Positions 45,847-56,682 of a DNA stretch of 64,000 nucleotides are shown piece after piece. The notes under the pieces were generated by a model, which saw nothing but the letters and a program-made list of their open reading frames with translations, ran no database searches and was not told the DNA's origin. Numbering within the stretch: position 1 is the stretch's first letter; each line of letters begins with the position of its first letter. Origin of the DNA: Planctomycetota bacterium (GTDB lineage Bacteria > Planctomycetota > GCA-002687715 > CAIWVZ01); the NCBI GenBank assembly GCA_044222185.1, contig JBGANV010000004.1, positions 64,001 to 128,000 on the forward strand. Direction: 5' to 3'. Made by a program: the position numbers and the translations under genes.

Positions 45847-48309
45847 CTACTTCGTCGGACGCGACTGGGTCCAGGCTTCCCATTCGGCCTTCTGCGACAG
45901 GTAGTCGCGGATCGACTTCAGGGCTTCGTTCGCAGCGCCTCTCATTTGCGGCTCCGGGTCCTTCAGCGCCTCGATGAGGTGAGGAACGGCCCTCATGGAG
46001 TAGGTCGAGAGCGCTGCCCTCACGGCGGCAAGTCGGACGCTGAGCTCGGCGTGCATGAGGAACGGAGTGACCTCCGGGAGAGCCGCCTCCGGGAGCGGGA
46101 CGGTGCACGTGAGTGCGCCGAACACGACTTCCTCCGCGGCCGGCGGACGGCGATCGCGCGCCAGTGCCAGGATCTCGCGTGCGACCGCTGCGCCGCTGCC
46201 GCCCAGCGACCGCAGGAAGCGTTCGACGTCGCTCGAGGTAAATGAACCGGCGACGATCCGTTCGACGAGCGCCGCTCGAACCGCATCGTTCGATGCCAGG
46301 TTGGGGGCTTCGAGGAGACGCGCGAGCGTCTCCGGCGGCGCCTCGCGCACGACGGTGGCGATCCTGTCGAAGTCCGCGTCCTTCGCGAACGGTGCCGACG
46401 CCACGACGGCCTCGACGCGGATGGCGGGGAGCTTGTGGGTGATGAGCGGCGTCAGGCGCGTCGCAGCGTTCTTTCCGGCGGTCTGGGCGATCATGTACAC
46501 CAGGCCGGTGGCCAACGCTTCGTGCGTCGTCGATTCAGCGAGTGCGACCGCGGCGTCGAGTTGATCTGCCGTGATCTTGCGTTTCGCCACGTTCATGAAG
46601 GCTTCGACGAACACGTCCTGAGCTCCATCGAGCGCCTTGAGGAGCGCGGGCACGTCGGATGGCGTCAACCACCGGGCGACGGAGGCAGGTAGGCGCTCGA
46701 GCACCAGCGCCCTCGTGGGGTCATTCAGACGCGCCGCGAGGAGCGCCTGCAGGCTGGGCAGGGTCGACGCGTCGTTCCACTTGGCGATGGCGTCGACGGC
46801 GAAGGCTCGAACGCTCTTTGGTCCGTCGATCGATGGGATCCGCTCGGTAATGAGCGCGCGGGTGAGCGGCCCGACGACCGACGAGTCGCCTTGCTCGATG
46901 AGTGTCCGCAGGACTTCCTGACCGTCCTCGTGCGCAAGGTAGTAGAGCAGGTCGCCAAGCAGCGGGATCAGGCGCTTCGGCGCGACGCGGCGCACGTAGT
47001 CGACTGCGGTGCGGCGATCTTCCGTCGTGCCGAACGACTTGCGTGCCAGCTGCTCGACGACGATGTCCTCGGCGCCCGAATCCTGGCACCGTCGCAGCAG
47101 GCTGAACGGACGTGCGTTGTGTCCGTCGGGGGTGAACTGAAGCAGGGAAGCGATTGCCGCCGCGGGCACATCTGCGCTCATTCCCTGCAGCGCGTTGAGG
47201 GCGTCGTTTCTCGTGCGCTCGCTGGCCAGGCCTTGGATCAGGATGCTTGGCCACTTGATGCGGAAGTCGATGGTCGCCGTGATGAACGCCGACTTCGATG
47301 GCTCGGGCAGTCTCGCGAAGAACGCCGACGCGACGGCATCCGTGATGCCGTCGTTGCGCGACATCCACGTTCGAACCGCGGTCGTCGCGATGTCGGCGTT
47401 GGGCGACGCGGCCCAGGCTTCCAGGAGCGGGCCGACCTCGTCGACGGCCGACATGGACTTCAACCCGAGGACCACGATCGCCGTGCGCGGTGCGAGCGTC
47501 TTTGGCGACTCGACGAGTTCGCGGATGGCGGCCACGACTCGCGGACGTTCGCTCGGGATCGTCGCGAGCGCCGTCAGTCCTGCGATCCGAAGGGCTTCGA
47601 TGGGACTCCCCGCGGCGCGATCGCCAAGTCGCTTGCGCGGTTCCGCCGGAAGGTATCGGATCGCGTCGGCGGCGAGCCGCGCGAGGTAACCTTGGTCGCC
47701 CGTCGTGCCGAGCAGGGATTCGATGAACCCCGGCAATTCGTCGTCCGGGCTCGACGTCAGCAGCTCGAGGATCGCGCGCGCACCTACGGGGCCGACCTTC
47801 GTGATGTGCTTGCGGAGCACCGGTGCCACGAGGACACCGAGCGAATTGAGTTCGTTCTTCGCGCGGTACGCCGCGTCGGACTCCGTCCCGCTGGCGGTGC
47901 CGTCCAGCTTGAGGATCAGGCGAAGGAGCGGATCGTCGCCAGCGACGGCCTGCTGCTGGAGGACGGAGGATAGTTGCGAGGCGCGCACCTTGGCCCAGGA
48001 GCCGTAGGGCTCGCGCGCGCTCGCCAGTTTCTTGGCCTCGTCGAGGGCCTTCGTTGGCTCGCCCGCCTCTTCGAGCAGCGCCACCAGTCGTGCTCGGAGT
48101 CGCAGCGGCGCGTCCGCCCCCGCCGCCGAGATCGACTGCTGGAGGGACGTCAGCGCCCCGACCGGATCACCGTGAATCTCTGCCGTGAGGAGGGCTCGGA
48201 CATCCTTGTCGATGGTTGCCGCGTCCCTCGCGTCGTCGTTCTGCGCCACGGCGATCCCGGCCACGAGCCCCACGATCATCACACGCATCATCAGGTCGAT
48301 TGTCTTCAT
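45847..48309 (-). CDS. Secreted HEAT/ARM-repeat protein
   Basis: Signal peptide; helical Leu/Ala-rich repeats such as VRLAAVRA and AVPHLIEALKDP...RGAANEAL. Confidence 0.7.
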   Translation of the reverse strand: MKTIDLMMRVMIVGLVAGIAVAQNDDARDAATIDKDVRALLTAEIHGDPVGALTSLQQSISAAGADAPLRLRARLVALLEEAGEPTKALDEAKKLASAREPYGSWAKVRASQLSSVLQQQAVAGDDPLLRLILKLDGTASGTESDAAYRAKNELNSLGVLVAPVLRKHITKVGPVGARAILELLTSSPDDELPGFIESLLGTTGDQGYLARLAADAIRYLPAEPRKRLGDRAAGSPIEALRIAGLTALATIPSERPRVVAAIRELVESPKTLAPRTAIVVLGLKSMSAVDEVGPLLEAWAASPNADIATTAVRTWMSRNDGITDAVASAFFARLPEPSKSAFITATIDFRIKWPSILIQGLASERTRNDALNALQGMSADVPAAAIASLLQFTPDGHNARPFSLLRRCQDSGAEDIVVEQLARKSFGTTEDRRTAVDYVRRVAPKRLIPLLGDLLYYLAHEDGQEVLRTLIEQGDSSVVGPLTRALITERIPSIDGPKSVRAFAVDAIAKWNDASTLPSLQALLAARLNDPTRALVLERLPASVARWLTPSDVPALLKALDGAQDVFVEAFMNVAKRKITADQLDAAVALAESTTHEALATGLVYMIAQTAGKNAATRLTPLITHKLPAIRVEAVVASAPFAKDADFDRIATVVREAPPETLARLLEAPNLASNDAVRAALVERIVAGSFTSSDVERFLRSLGGSGAAVAREILALARDRRPPAAEEVVFGALTCTVPLPEAALPEVTPFLMHAELSVRLAAVRAALSTYSMRAVPHLIEALKDPEPQMRGAANEALKSIRDYLSQKAEWEAWTQSRPTK

Positions 48310-48707
48310 GACGTGCCTCCGACTGCTTTCGACGTGATGGTGCCCGGGAGTTTCCCGGCAGATGTCATGAGGAGGTCAAATCTGGTTGATGCAATGAGGC
48401 CAATACCCCCCGACATCGGCGGCCGAAATCCGTCGCCATCCTCGTCGCGTTCTCGATGGAGATCGCAGCTCGCGGCGCGAAGGATGGGGCATCGCCGGCC
48501 GCGTTCACTCGCCGGCGGTCTCTGGGCCGAGACCCCTGCCGCATCACGTGAGCGCTTCGCGTCGCCGGCGACATCGACGACGATGTGCTCGCGGACCTCG
48601 TGCGAGCCGTCGGCGCGATCCATTCATCGCGTGAATGATGATCATGCACGGCGTGAGTGAATTGCACGGACAGCGTTGCCGACGGGGCCGGTCGACGGGC
48701 CCGCCGG

Positions 48708-49931
48708 TCAGCGCCGCGCGTACTTGCGCGTCACGTAGTCCTCGACGAGGCGCGTGAAGTCGGCGGCGATCGTCGGGCCCTGCAGCGTGACGGCCTTCTC
48801 GCCGTCGATGTAGACCGGCGCCTTGGGATCCTCACCGGTTCCCGGGAGCGAGATGCCGATGTTGGCGGCGCGACTTTCGCCGGGGCCGTTCACGACGCAG
48901 CCCATGACGGCGACGAGCATCTCTTCCACGCCTTGGTGCTGCTTCTTCCAGTCAGGCATGCGCCGACCGAGGTAGGCCTCGATCTGCTGCGCGAGCTCCT
49001 GGAAGAACGTGCTCGTGGTGCGGCCACAGCCGGGGCACGCCGTGACCATGGGCATGAAGCTGCGGATGCCGAGCGTTTGAAGCACCTGCTGGCACACCTT
49101 CACCTCGAGCGTGCGGTCGCCGTTCGGTTCCGGAGTGAGGCTCGCGCGGATCGTCTCACCGATGCCCTTCGTGAGCAGCATGGTGAGCGCGGCCGTCGTG
49201 GCGACGATACCCTTGCTGCCCATGCCGGCTTCCGTGAGTCCCAGGTGAAGCGGGAACTGGCACCTCGCGGCCAGCGACTCGTAGGCCGCGACCATGTGAT
49301 GAATCTGACTCGCCTTCACCGAGAGGATGATGCGCTCCGCCGGCATGCCGAGCTTCACGGCGCCCTCGGCGGATCGGAGCGCGCTCTGCACCATGGCTTC
49401 ACGGAGCACGCTGTCCGCATCGTCCGGCGCCGGCTTCTTGGCGTTCTCGTCCATCAGCCGGTCGAGGAGTTCGGGGTCGAGCGAGCCCGCGTTGACGCCG
49501 ATCCGCACGGGCTTCCCGTAGTCGTTCGCCACCCTGATCATCGTGGCGAAGTTGTCGTCGTGGCTGTGCCCGCGGCCCACGTTGCCCGGGTTGATCCGGT
49601 ACTTGTCGAGGGCCTCGGCGCAGTCCTTGTACTCACGCAGCAACTGGTGGCCGTTGTAATGGAAGTCGCCGATGAGGGGCACGTGGACGCCCAGGTCGTG
49701 GATGCGGTTCTTGATCTCCGCCACGCGCTTCGCCGCCTCGCGCGTGTTGACCGTGATCCGCACCAGCTCGGAGCCCGCGCGCGCCAGCTCTGCGACCTGC
49801 TGTGCGGTTTTCTCCGCATCCTCCGTATCCGTGTTGGTCATGGACTGGACGACGACCGGATACTCGCCCCCGACGGGGACGCCGCCCACGCGGCAGACCA
49901 GGCTCTTCCGACGTTGAATCGTGTGCGACAT
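48708..49931 (-). CDS. ispG: (E)-4-hydroxy-3-methylbut-2-enyl-diphosphate synthase
   Basis: [42 protein letters not shown]. Confidence 0.97.
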   Translation of the reverse strand: MSHTIQRRKSLVCRVGGVPVGGEYPVVVQSMTNTDTEDAEKTAQQVAELARAGSELVRITVNTREAAKRVAEIKNRIHDLGVHVPLIGDFHYNGHQLLREYKDCAEALDKYRINPGNVGRGHSHDDNFATMIRVANDYGKPVRIGVNAGSLDPELLDRLMDENAKKPAPDDADSVLREAMVQSALRSAEGAVKLGMPAERIILSVKASQIHHMVAAYESLAARCQFPLHLGLTEAGMGSKGIVATTAALTMLLTKGIGETIRASLTPEPNGDRTLEVKVCQQVLQTLGIRSFMPMVTACPGCGRTTSTFFQELAQQIEAYLGRRMPDWKKQHQGVEEMLVAVMGCVVNGPGESRAANIGISLPGTGEDPKAPVYIDGEKAVTLQGPTIAADFTRLVEDYVTRKYARR

Positions 49932-50047
49932 GGAGGCGGCATCCTAACGCGCACCGTCGGAGGTTCCGGCCCCTTGAAGCCGTCCGGACCGACCCCCAGA
50001 CTCTGCCGTCGCCGAGCGGCCCAACAGGAAGAGGAGACCTCATCACC

Positions 50048-51541
50048 ATGTCACGATCGCTCTTTGCCGTGCTGAACCAGCGCTTCGGACGTCCCGTGGA
50101 CACCGTCACCCGGCGCGAGATGCTGAAGACGACGCTCGCGACGGGTGCGGGGCTTCTCCTGAGCTCCCGGCTCGGATTCACCCAGGACGCCGAGAGCAAG
50201 CCCAAGGGCAAGCGGATCGTGGTCATCGGCGCCGGGTTCGCGGGCCTGGCCGCGGCGTTCGAACTCCTGACGGCCGGCTACGACGTGACGGTGGTCGAAG
50301 CCCGCAACCGCGTCGGCGGGCGCGTCCTGAGCTTCTCCGATTTCGTCGACGGCAAGAACGTGGAAGGCGGCGCCGAGCTCATCGGCTCGAACCATCCCAC
50401 CTGGGTCGCCTACGCGGACAAGTTCGGTCTCCAGTTCCTCGACGTGACGGAAGAGAAGGAACTCGAGGCGCCCATCATGCTTGGTGGCAAGAAGCTCACG
50501 GCCGAGGAATCGGAGAAGCTGTGGGCCGAGTTGGAGGAGGCCCACGGCCAGATGAATGCGGACGCGGAGAAGGTCGACGCCGCCGAGCCGTGGAAGTCGC
50601 CTGACGCTGCCGCCCTCGACCGCCGGACCACGGCCGATTGGGTCGCCGGTCTGAAGGTGTCGTCCAACTGCCAGCGGGCACTCACGTCCGAGCTGTCGGG
50701 CAACAACGGCGTGATGACGGCCTGGCAGAGCTACCTCGGCAACCTCGCCCAAGTGAAGGGTGGCGGCGTCGAGAAGTACTGGACCGAGAGCGAGGTCTAC
50801 CGCTGCAAGGGCGGAAACCAGCAGCTGGCGTTCAAACTCGCCGCAGCCGTGGGCGAGAAGCGCATCCAGCTCGGCACTCCCGTCAGCAGCGTGAGGCTCG
50901 GGGACAAGTCCGTGACGATCACGCTGGCGAGCGGCAAGGCCCTGGAGGCCGACGACGTCGTCGTCGCCGTGCCGCAGTCGACGTGGAACCGCATCGCATT
51001 CAACCCGCCGCTCCCGGCGGCGCTCTCGCTTCAAATGGGGACCGCGATCAAGTTCCTGATGGCGATGAAATCGCGGTTCTGGAAGGACGCGAAGCTCGCC
51101 GCGGATTCGCTGACGGACGGCCCCGTCTCCATGACGTGGGAGGGAACGGACGGGCAGCCCGGTGAAGTGGGCGCCGCGATGGTCGCGTTCTCCGGCGGCG
51201 GCGCGGCGGATCAATGCCGTGCGTGGCCGTCCGACCAAAGGACCGAGAACTACCTTCTGGAACTGGAGCGCCTGTACGGAGACGTCCGAAAGAGCTTCGT
51301 GAAGGCGCGCTTCATGGATTGGCCGTCCGAACCTCTGACGCGGGGCGGCTACTCGTTCCCGGCGCCGGGGCAGATCACCCTCGCTGGGCCTGCGCTGCGC
51401 GAAGGGATCGGCGGACGCGTTCACTTCGCGGGCGAACACACGAGCTTCGCGTTCGTGGGCTACATGGAGGGCGGCTTGAACTCCGGCGCGTCCGTCGCGC
51501 GCCGGCTGGCGCAGCGGGACGGAGTTGCCAAGGACAAATGA
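50048..51541 (+). CDS. Tat-exported flavin monoamine oxidase family protein
   Basis: TRREMLK twin-arginine signal; GAGFAG, EARNRVGGR, FAGEHT, GYMEGG. Confidence 0.9.
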   Translation: MSRSLFAVLNQRFGRPVDTVTRREMLKTTLATGAGLLLSSRLGFTQDAESKPKGKRIVVIGAGFAGLAAAFELLTAGYDVTVVEARNRVGGRVLSFSDFVDGKNVEGGAELIGSNHPTWVAYADKFGLQFLDVTEEKELEAPIMLGGKKLTAEESEKLWAELEEAHGQMNADAEKVDAAEPWKSPDAAALDRRTTADWVAGLKVSSNCQRALTSELSGNNGVMTAWQSYLGNLAQVKGGGVEKYWTESEVYRCKGGNQQLAFKLAAAVGEKRIQLGTPVSSVRLGDKSVTITLASGKALEADDVVVAVPQSTWNRIAFNPPLPAALSLQMGTAIKFLMAMKSRFWKDAKLAADSLTDGPVSMTWEGTDGQPGEVGAAMVAFSGGGAADQCRAWPSDQRTENYLLELERLYGDVRKSFVKARFMDWPSEPLTRGGYSFPAPGQITLAGPALREGIGGRVHFAGEHTSFAFVGYMEGGLNSGASVARRLAQRDGVAKDK

Positions 51542-51693
51542 GTCGCTCGAGGGGCCGCCGTCCCGCAGATTCGATGGACGCAACGTAATAGGATCTCACG
51601 TCCCGTGGCCGCGATTGACGCGCCGGGCGGTTGGTTTGGCTCCCGAGCTCACGAGCGCGCAGCGCGCAACGCCGGGACAGAAAGGGTGAAGAC

Positions 51694-52422
51694 GTGACTG
51701 GAAGCAAGCTGATCGGACTGGTCGTCGCCATCGTTGCCATCGCCTACTTCGCGTTCCCCGGCTTCAAGGCCAAGGTCGACGACGTGTACGACAAGCACGC
51801 CGGCTGGAACGAGGAAGCGCGCCGCAAGGATCCGGTCGGGTTCATGGATTACTCGATCAAGCGCCTCGGCGAGAACATCGACAAGTTCGAGTCGGCGAAG
51901 GCGTCATTGGGCTCCGCGAAGGCGAAACTCGACGAGCTCCAGCGGACGAACCAGGAGAAGCTTGCCTTCGCCGAGAAGCAGCTGAACGAGTTCAAGATGG
52001 CCTACAAGGCGGCGAAGGCCGACAACAAATGGCCACTCGAAGTTGCCGGCAAGAAGTACTCGGAAGCCGAGCTGAAGAGCCAGGTCGATCTCCTCTTGAG
52101 CCAGAAGGGTGGCTACGACGGCATCCTGAAGCAGGTCAGCACGGGGCTCGGCAGCGCCGAGAAGAAGCAGTTCGAGCTCGTCAACCGCATCAGCGAGAGC
52201 AAGTCCAAGCTCGGCCTCCTTCAGACTCAGAAGGAACTCGTGAAGGTCAATGCCCTCACGAAGGACACGGAGAAGATGCTCGCCGACGTGAACGAGGTGC
52301 TCGTCCAGAACGAGGCGATGGCGCAAGGATCCGCCGTTCGTACCGTCGAAGAGCTGATGCAGGAATCGAAGGCGGCGACCGACGCCGCTCACCCGAGCGC
52401 GGATGCGTTCCTGAACAGCTGA
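51694..52422 (+). CDS. Membrane-anchored coiled-coil protein, PspA/IM30-like
   Basis: N-terminal hydrophobic anchor; W-x7-DP-x-GF; long heptad helices; WPLEVAG hairpin tip. Confidence 0.6.
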   Translation: MTGSKLIGLVVAIVAIAYFAFPGFKAKVDDVYDKHAGWNEEARRKDPVGFMDYSIKRLGENIDKFESAKASLGSAKAKLDELQRTNQEKLAFAEKQLNEFKMAYKAAKADNKWPLEVAGKKYSEAELKSQVDLLLSQKGGYDGILKQVSTGLGSAEKKQFELVNRISESKSKLGLLQTQKELVKVNALTKDTEKMLADVNEVLVQNEAMAQGSAVRTVEELMQESKAATDAAHPSADAFLNS

Positions 52423-52501
52423 TCGTTGGATCGCACCCACGGCGCGCCGACTGCCCACCGGGCCGCGGCGCGCCGACGTCATGGAGGAAAGGCGGCGGAA
52501 G

Positions 52502-53209
52502 ATGAAACGCAACGTTGCTCTGGGACTGTTGGGACTTGCGCTCGCAGCGGGGCTCTCATCCTGCGGCCGTGAATCGTCGCCGCCGCCGAAGCCGACGCCG
52601 CCCGCCGAGAAGGTGTGGACGCCGGACGACATGGCTGCCGATCCGGAAGGCTATTTCCGCTGGGCAGATCAGCAGCTCGCCAATCAGATCCAACAGCGAA
52701 CGCAGCGCCTCGACACGTCCGCCGCGAAGCGAAAAGAACTGGGCGACCGTCGGTCCAAGTTCGCCAACAACTACGACGACATGGTGAACCTGGAGCAGCG
52801 CCTCTCGACGGCCGTGCGCAAGGCCGACGAGGAGGATCACTGGCCGGTTTCCATCGCAGGCCGACAGCTCGACAAGGAGCATGCGAAGGCGACGCTCGAG
52901 GAAACACGGCGGAGGATCGCCGAGCGCAAACCACTCGTGCAGTCCTACGACGAGGCGCTCGCGAAGCTCGACAAGACGATCACGCGCCTGCGTGAGGAGA
53001 TCGACAAGCTCACGGGGCTGAAGGACCGCGTGTCGGTCGACCTGGAGCGCTACCGCATCGACAAGTCGAACCCGGTCACCGAGAAGATGAAGGAGACCGA
53101 GCAGCAGATCGCCACGTACACGAAGATCCTGGGCTCGCTCGGCGAGGACATCTCCGGCGCGCTTCCCATGGCCGTCGCGCCCATCGACATCCAGTCGTTG
53201 ATCAAATGA
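52502..53209 (+). CDS. Coiled-coil lipoprotein, paralog of the upstream gene
   Basis: Lipobox LSS-C; W-x7-DP-x-GY; WPVSIAG; heptad helices. Confidence 0.65.
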   Translation: MKRNVALGLLGLALAAGLSSCGRESSPPPKPTPPAEKVWTPDDMAADPEGYFRWADQQLANQIQQRTQRLDTSAAKRKELGDRRSKFANNYDDMVNLEQRLSTAVRKADEEDHWPVSIAGRQLDKEHAKATLEETRRRIAERKPLVQSYDEALAKLDKTITRLREEIDKLTGLKDRVSVDLERYRIDKSNPVTEKMKETEQQIATYTKILGSLGEDISGALPMAVAPIDIQSLIK

Positions 53210-53241
53210 ACGTCCGGCCCCTCGCCGGAGGAGAAGACAAG

Positions 53242-54864
53242 ATGAAGTCAGTCCACCTGTGCGTGCTTTCCGTTGCGCTTTGTGCGCTCATTGCACCGCG
53301 TGCGTGGTCGCAGAACGACCTGGGCGGCATGGCGGCCGACGCGGAGCTCGTCGAGACCCGCGCCGAAGTGCCCAAGCTCGCCGCCGCGGGCGCCTACGCG
53401 CCCAAGGACAACGTCGTCGAGATCGAGTTGAGCGAGTACGCGGGCTACGCGGGCCTCATCGCGGCGAACGGCGGACTCGAGCCGAACGACAACTCGGTCT
53501 TCACGAAGAAGTACGGGATCAAGGTCAAGCTCTCGTTGAGCGAGGAGGAGAGCTGGTCCGCGCTGAACAGCGGCAAGCTGGCCGCGTCGGCGACGACGGC
53601 GGACGTGCTCGCCGTCTATGGGCGTCAGTTCCAGGTCGTCGTCCCGACCCAGATCGGGTTCTCGCGCGGCGCCGACGGGCTGATCGTCCGCAGCGACATC
53701 AAGAAGGTGAACGCGCTGAAGGGGAAGGTTCTCGCGACGGCGCAGTTCACCGAGGCCGACTTCTTCATCCGTTACCTGGCGGGCGAGGCCGGCCTCGGCG
53801 TCACGATGCTGCCGGACCTGAAGGGCAAGCCGGATCCGGAGAAGGTGAACCTCGTCTACTGCGCGGACGCGTTCGGCGCGGGCGATTTGTTCCTGCGCGA
53901 CCTGAAGTCGGGGCGCAACCGACTGGCCGGCTGCGTGACGTGGGCGCCGAAGACGACGGAAGTCGTCGAGGGCAGCGGCGGCAAGGCGCACATGCTCGTC
54001 TCCAACCGCAACCTCTTGATCATCGGCGACATCCTCGTGGTGAACAAAGGCTTCGCCCAGCAGTTCCCCGAAATGGTGAAGGGACTCGTCGCAGGTCTGA
54101 TCGAAGGCAACGTGATGGTGCGGACGAACCCGGAGGCTCACTTCGACGTCATCGGCAAGGCGTTCAAGTGGGAGAAGGACAAGACCAAGTCCGAGCTCGC
54201 GAAGGTCCACCTGGCGAACGGCCCCGAGAGCCTGGCGTTCCTCACCGGCAACATCGACTCGGCAGGCAGCTTCGGCGGCATCTACTTCTCGGCGATGGAC
54301 GCCTACGGGCGCGAGTTCCTGAAGAACCCGCCCAGCGCCGACCGGTTCGTGGAGCTGAAGCATCTGCAGGCCCTCGAGCAGGCGGGCGCGTTCAAGGATC
54401 AGAAGGCGCTGATCTCGCCGTTGAAGACGGGCGCCGGGCCGTCAGTCGAAGGCGACCCGCTCTTGAGCAAGGACATCCGCTTCTTCTTCGAGACGAACTC
54501 GTCCAAGCTCGACATGCAGAAGCCCGAGAACACGGCGAACCTGGAGGCGATCAAGCGGTTGCTTCAGGTCAGCCCGGGCTCGACGGTCCTGCTGCGTGGT
54601 CATGTAGACAACTCCATGATCCCCGAGTTCCGCAAGAAGGGCGGGGAACAGCTGGTGAGGTCGCAAGGGTTGCGCGCCGTACAGCTCAGCGAGGATCGCG
54701 CGAAGGAGATTCGCCGCCTCCTCACGGAGAAGCACGGGGTCGCCGCCGACCGCATCGAGACCTTCGGCGCGGGTTGGAACGAGCCGGTCAATCCGAACGC
54801 CCTGGACGACGCGCAGCGCGAACAGAATCGTCGCGTCGAAGTGCAGTGGTTCACGCTCGAGTGA
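53242..54864 (+). CDS. ABC-type substrate-binding (NMT1/TauA-like) domain fused to C-terminal OmpA-like domain
   Basis: Signal peptide; SRGADG, LKGK, VTWAP, IGDILV SBP motifs; F..NS, GHVD, LSEDRA, NRRVE OmpA motifs. Confidence 0.85.
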   Translation: MKSVHLCVLSVALCALIAPRAWSQNDLGGMAADAELVETRAEVPKLAAAGAYAPKDNVVEIELSEYAGYAGLIAANGGLEPNDNSVFTKKYGIKVKLSLSEEESWSALNSGKLAASATTADVLAVYGRQFQVVVPTQIGFSRGADGLIVRSDIKKVNALKGKVLATAQFTEADFFIRYLAGEAGLGVTMLPDLKGKPDPEKVNLVYCADAFGAGDLFLRDLKSGRNRLAGCVTWAPKTTEVVEGSGGKAHMLVSNRNLLIIGDILVVNKGFAQQFPEMVKGLVAGLIEGNVMVRTNPEAHFDVIGKAFKWEKDKTKSELAKVHLANGPESLAFLTGNIDSAGSFGGIYFSAMDAYGREFLKNPPSADRFVELKHLQALEQAGAFKDQKALISPLKTGAGPSVEGDPLLSKDIRFFFETNSSKLDMQKPENTANLEAIKRLLQVSPGSTVLLRGHVDNSMIPEFRKKGGEQLVRSQGLRAVQLSEDRAKEIRRLLTEKHGVAADRIETFGAGWNEPVNPNALDDAQREQNRRVEVQWFTLE

Positions 54865-54893
54865 TCGAAGTCGCCTGACTGGGGGAGAGTGGG

Positions 54894-56279
54894 ATGCTCC
54901 GAATCGGAATGGTGTGGTCGTGCCTCCTGGCCGTCACCGCCTTCGCCCAGGAGAGCGGCGCCGCCGTCGAGTCGACGACCAAGCAGCTTGCGACGCCGGG
55001 CGGCGGGAGCATCTCGTACACGATCTCGGCGACGCCGGCGATGGCGCGGAACCTCCGACCGATCGTGATCATCCTCAAGGCGGACGGCGCGCTCGGGAAC
55101 ATCGGCGCGTCGTCGCTGAGCCACGCGCTCGGGAAGGTCGGATGGGTCGCCATCACGATCGACGCCACGACGCAGCCGCTCGGAGCTCCGCACCCGCTCC
55201 ACGAGCTGTGCCGGCGGCTACGCGTCACCTACCGCATCGAAGGCGTGCGGTTCTACTGGGTCTCGATCGGAGACGTGGCGGTTCCGCCCTCGCTCACCCC
55301 CGAGTTCGTCGTCCCGAAACCGCTCCCGGTCGCGCACGACGAAACGCCGCCAGCTGTCGACGCGCTCCGCAAGCTGCGCGAGTCGACGCGACGCTCCGAT
55401 CCCGCCGAGCAGTCCGCCGCCGAGGCGCTCGACGATTTCTGCGACGCCGCCTCGCGCGGCGACGCCAAGCGGTACTTCGCGCTCTTCGCTCCGGACGGTG
55501 TCTTCTTTGGAACCGACGGCGCCGAGCGTTGGACCGTGGACGCGTTCCGCAAGTTCTGCGAGCCGTACTTCAAGCGCGAGTCCGCTTGGATCTTCATCCC
55601 CACGTCGCGCAACTTCGTCCTCTCCGAAGATGGCACGCACTGCTACTTCGACGAGGCGCTGTACAGCGCGAGTTACGGGCGCTGTCGCGGCACGGGCGCG
55701 CTGCGCCGCATCGACGGCAACTGGAAGATCGCCCAGTACAATCTGTCGATCCCGATCCCCAACGACCTCGCACCGGATTTCGTCGCGCGCATCCGTGCGA
55801 CCGAGCGCGGCGAATCCCGCCCGTCCGGTGCCACCACCCTCTACATCGTTCGTCACGCCGAGAAGTCCACGAAGGATTCGAAGGACCAGGACCCGCCGCT
55901 CTCGGACGTCGGAATCGCCCGTTCACTCTCGCTCTACCAGGCGCTGCGCAGCGTCGGCGTCTCGTTCGTGTTCACGTCGGACAAGAAGCGCACCCAGCAG
56001 ACGGCCGAGTACTTCCGCGTCGCAGGCGCGAAAGCCACCTCGTTGCCCGCCGCCGACGTGAAGGCCATCGTGACCGCGGCGACCGCTCATCCCGGCGAGG
56101 CGACCCTCATCGTCTCGCACTCGAACGTGATTCCCGGAATCCTGAAGGAGCTCGGCATCACCGAGAAGGTCGAGATCCCCGAGACCGCCTACGACGACCT
56201 GTTCGTCGTCACGATCGACGCCGCCGGCCAGTCGCGGATGCAGCACCTGCACTACGGGCAAATGTCGGTCGCGAAGTAG
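54894..56279 (+). CDS. Secreted fusion: SnoaL/NTF2-like domain plus histidine phosphatase (SixA/PGM-like) domain
   Basis: FFGTDGAERW..F, FDE.L...YG.CRGTG, WKIAQYNLS (SnoaL_3-like); IVRHAEK, RTQQTA, VSHSN (His phosphatase). Confidence 0.8.
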   Translation: MLRIGMVWSCLLAVTAFAQESGAAVESTTKQLATPGGGSISYTISATPAMARNLRPIVIILKADGALGNIGASSLSHALGKVGWVAITIDATTQPLGAPHPLHELCRRLRVTYRIEGVRFYWVSIGDVAVPPSLTPEFVVPKPLPVAHDETPPAVDALRKLRESTRRSDPAEQSAAEALDDFCDAASRGDAKRYFALFAPDGVFFGTDGAERWTVDAFRKFCEPYFKRESAWIFIPTSRNFVLSEDGTHCYFDEALYSASYGRCRGTGALRRIDGNWKIAQYNLSIPIPNDLAPDFVARIRATERGESRPSGATTLYIVRHAEKSTKDSKDQDPPLSDVGIARSLSLYQALRSVGVSFVFTSDKKRTQQTAEYFRVAGAKATSLPAADVKAIVTAATAHPGEATLIVSHSNVIPGILKELGITEKVEIPETAYDDLFVVTIDAAGQSRMQHLHYGQMSVAK

Positions 56280-56682
56280 GCTGACCGCGCGGCGTTCGCC
56301 CGCCGCGGCTGCGCCAATCCCAGCGTTCTCAGGCCGAAGTTCCGAACGCCGGGCGTCGCGTCCCGGTCCACGCCGCCAGAAATCGGAACGTCGGGTGTGG
56401 CGATTCCTGCCGCAGGAAATGTGTCCGAGCGGGCTTCGTGCGCTCAAGTGTCGCCAATCCCCGACCGTCGTACGCCGAGGCGGAAAGCGAGCCCAGCGGT
56501 TCACGTCGAATCGCCGTGTTTGCGTGAGATGGCTTGGCGTGGAGCGCAAGCGGTTTCGCGAGATCTGGCGTGAGGCACGTTGCCTCGCCGCGTGACGGAC
56601 GACCGGGGATGTGGGTCAGTCGAGCGAGCCTGCCGGTCCGGGTCCCGTGCAGAATCAACGCGACTGGGTTCGGAGCAATCCA

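Noticed and set aside
48306-48623. 105-aa ORF upstream of the HEAT-repeat gene
   Set aside because: No recognisable motif and composition like non-coding GC-rich DNA. It cannot be fully excluded because its stop overlaps the next ATG.
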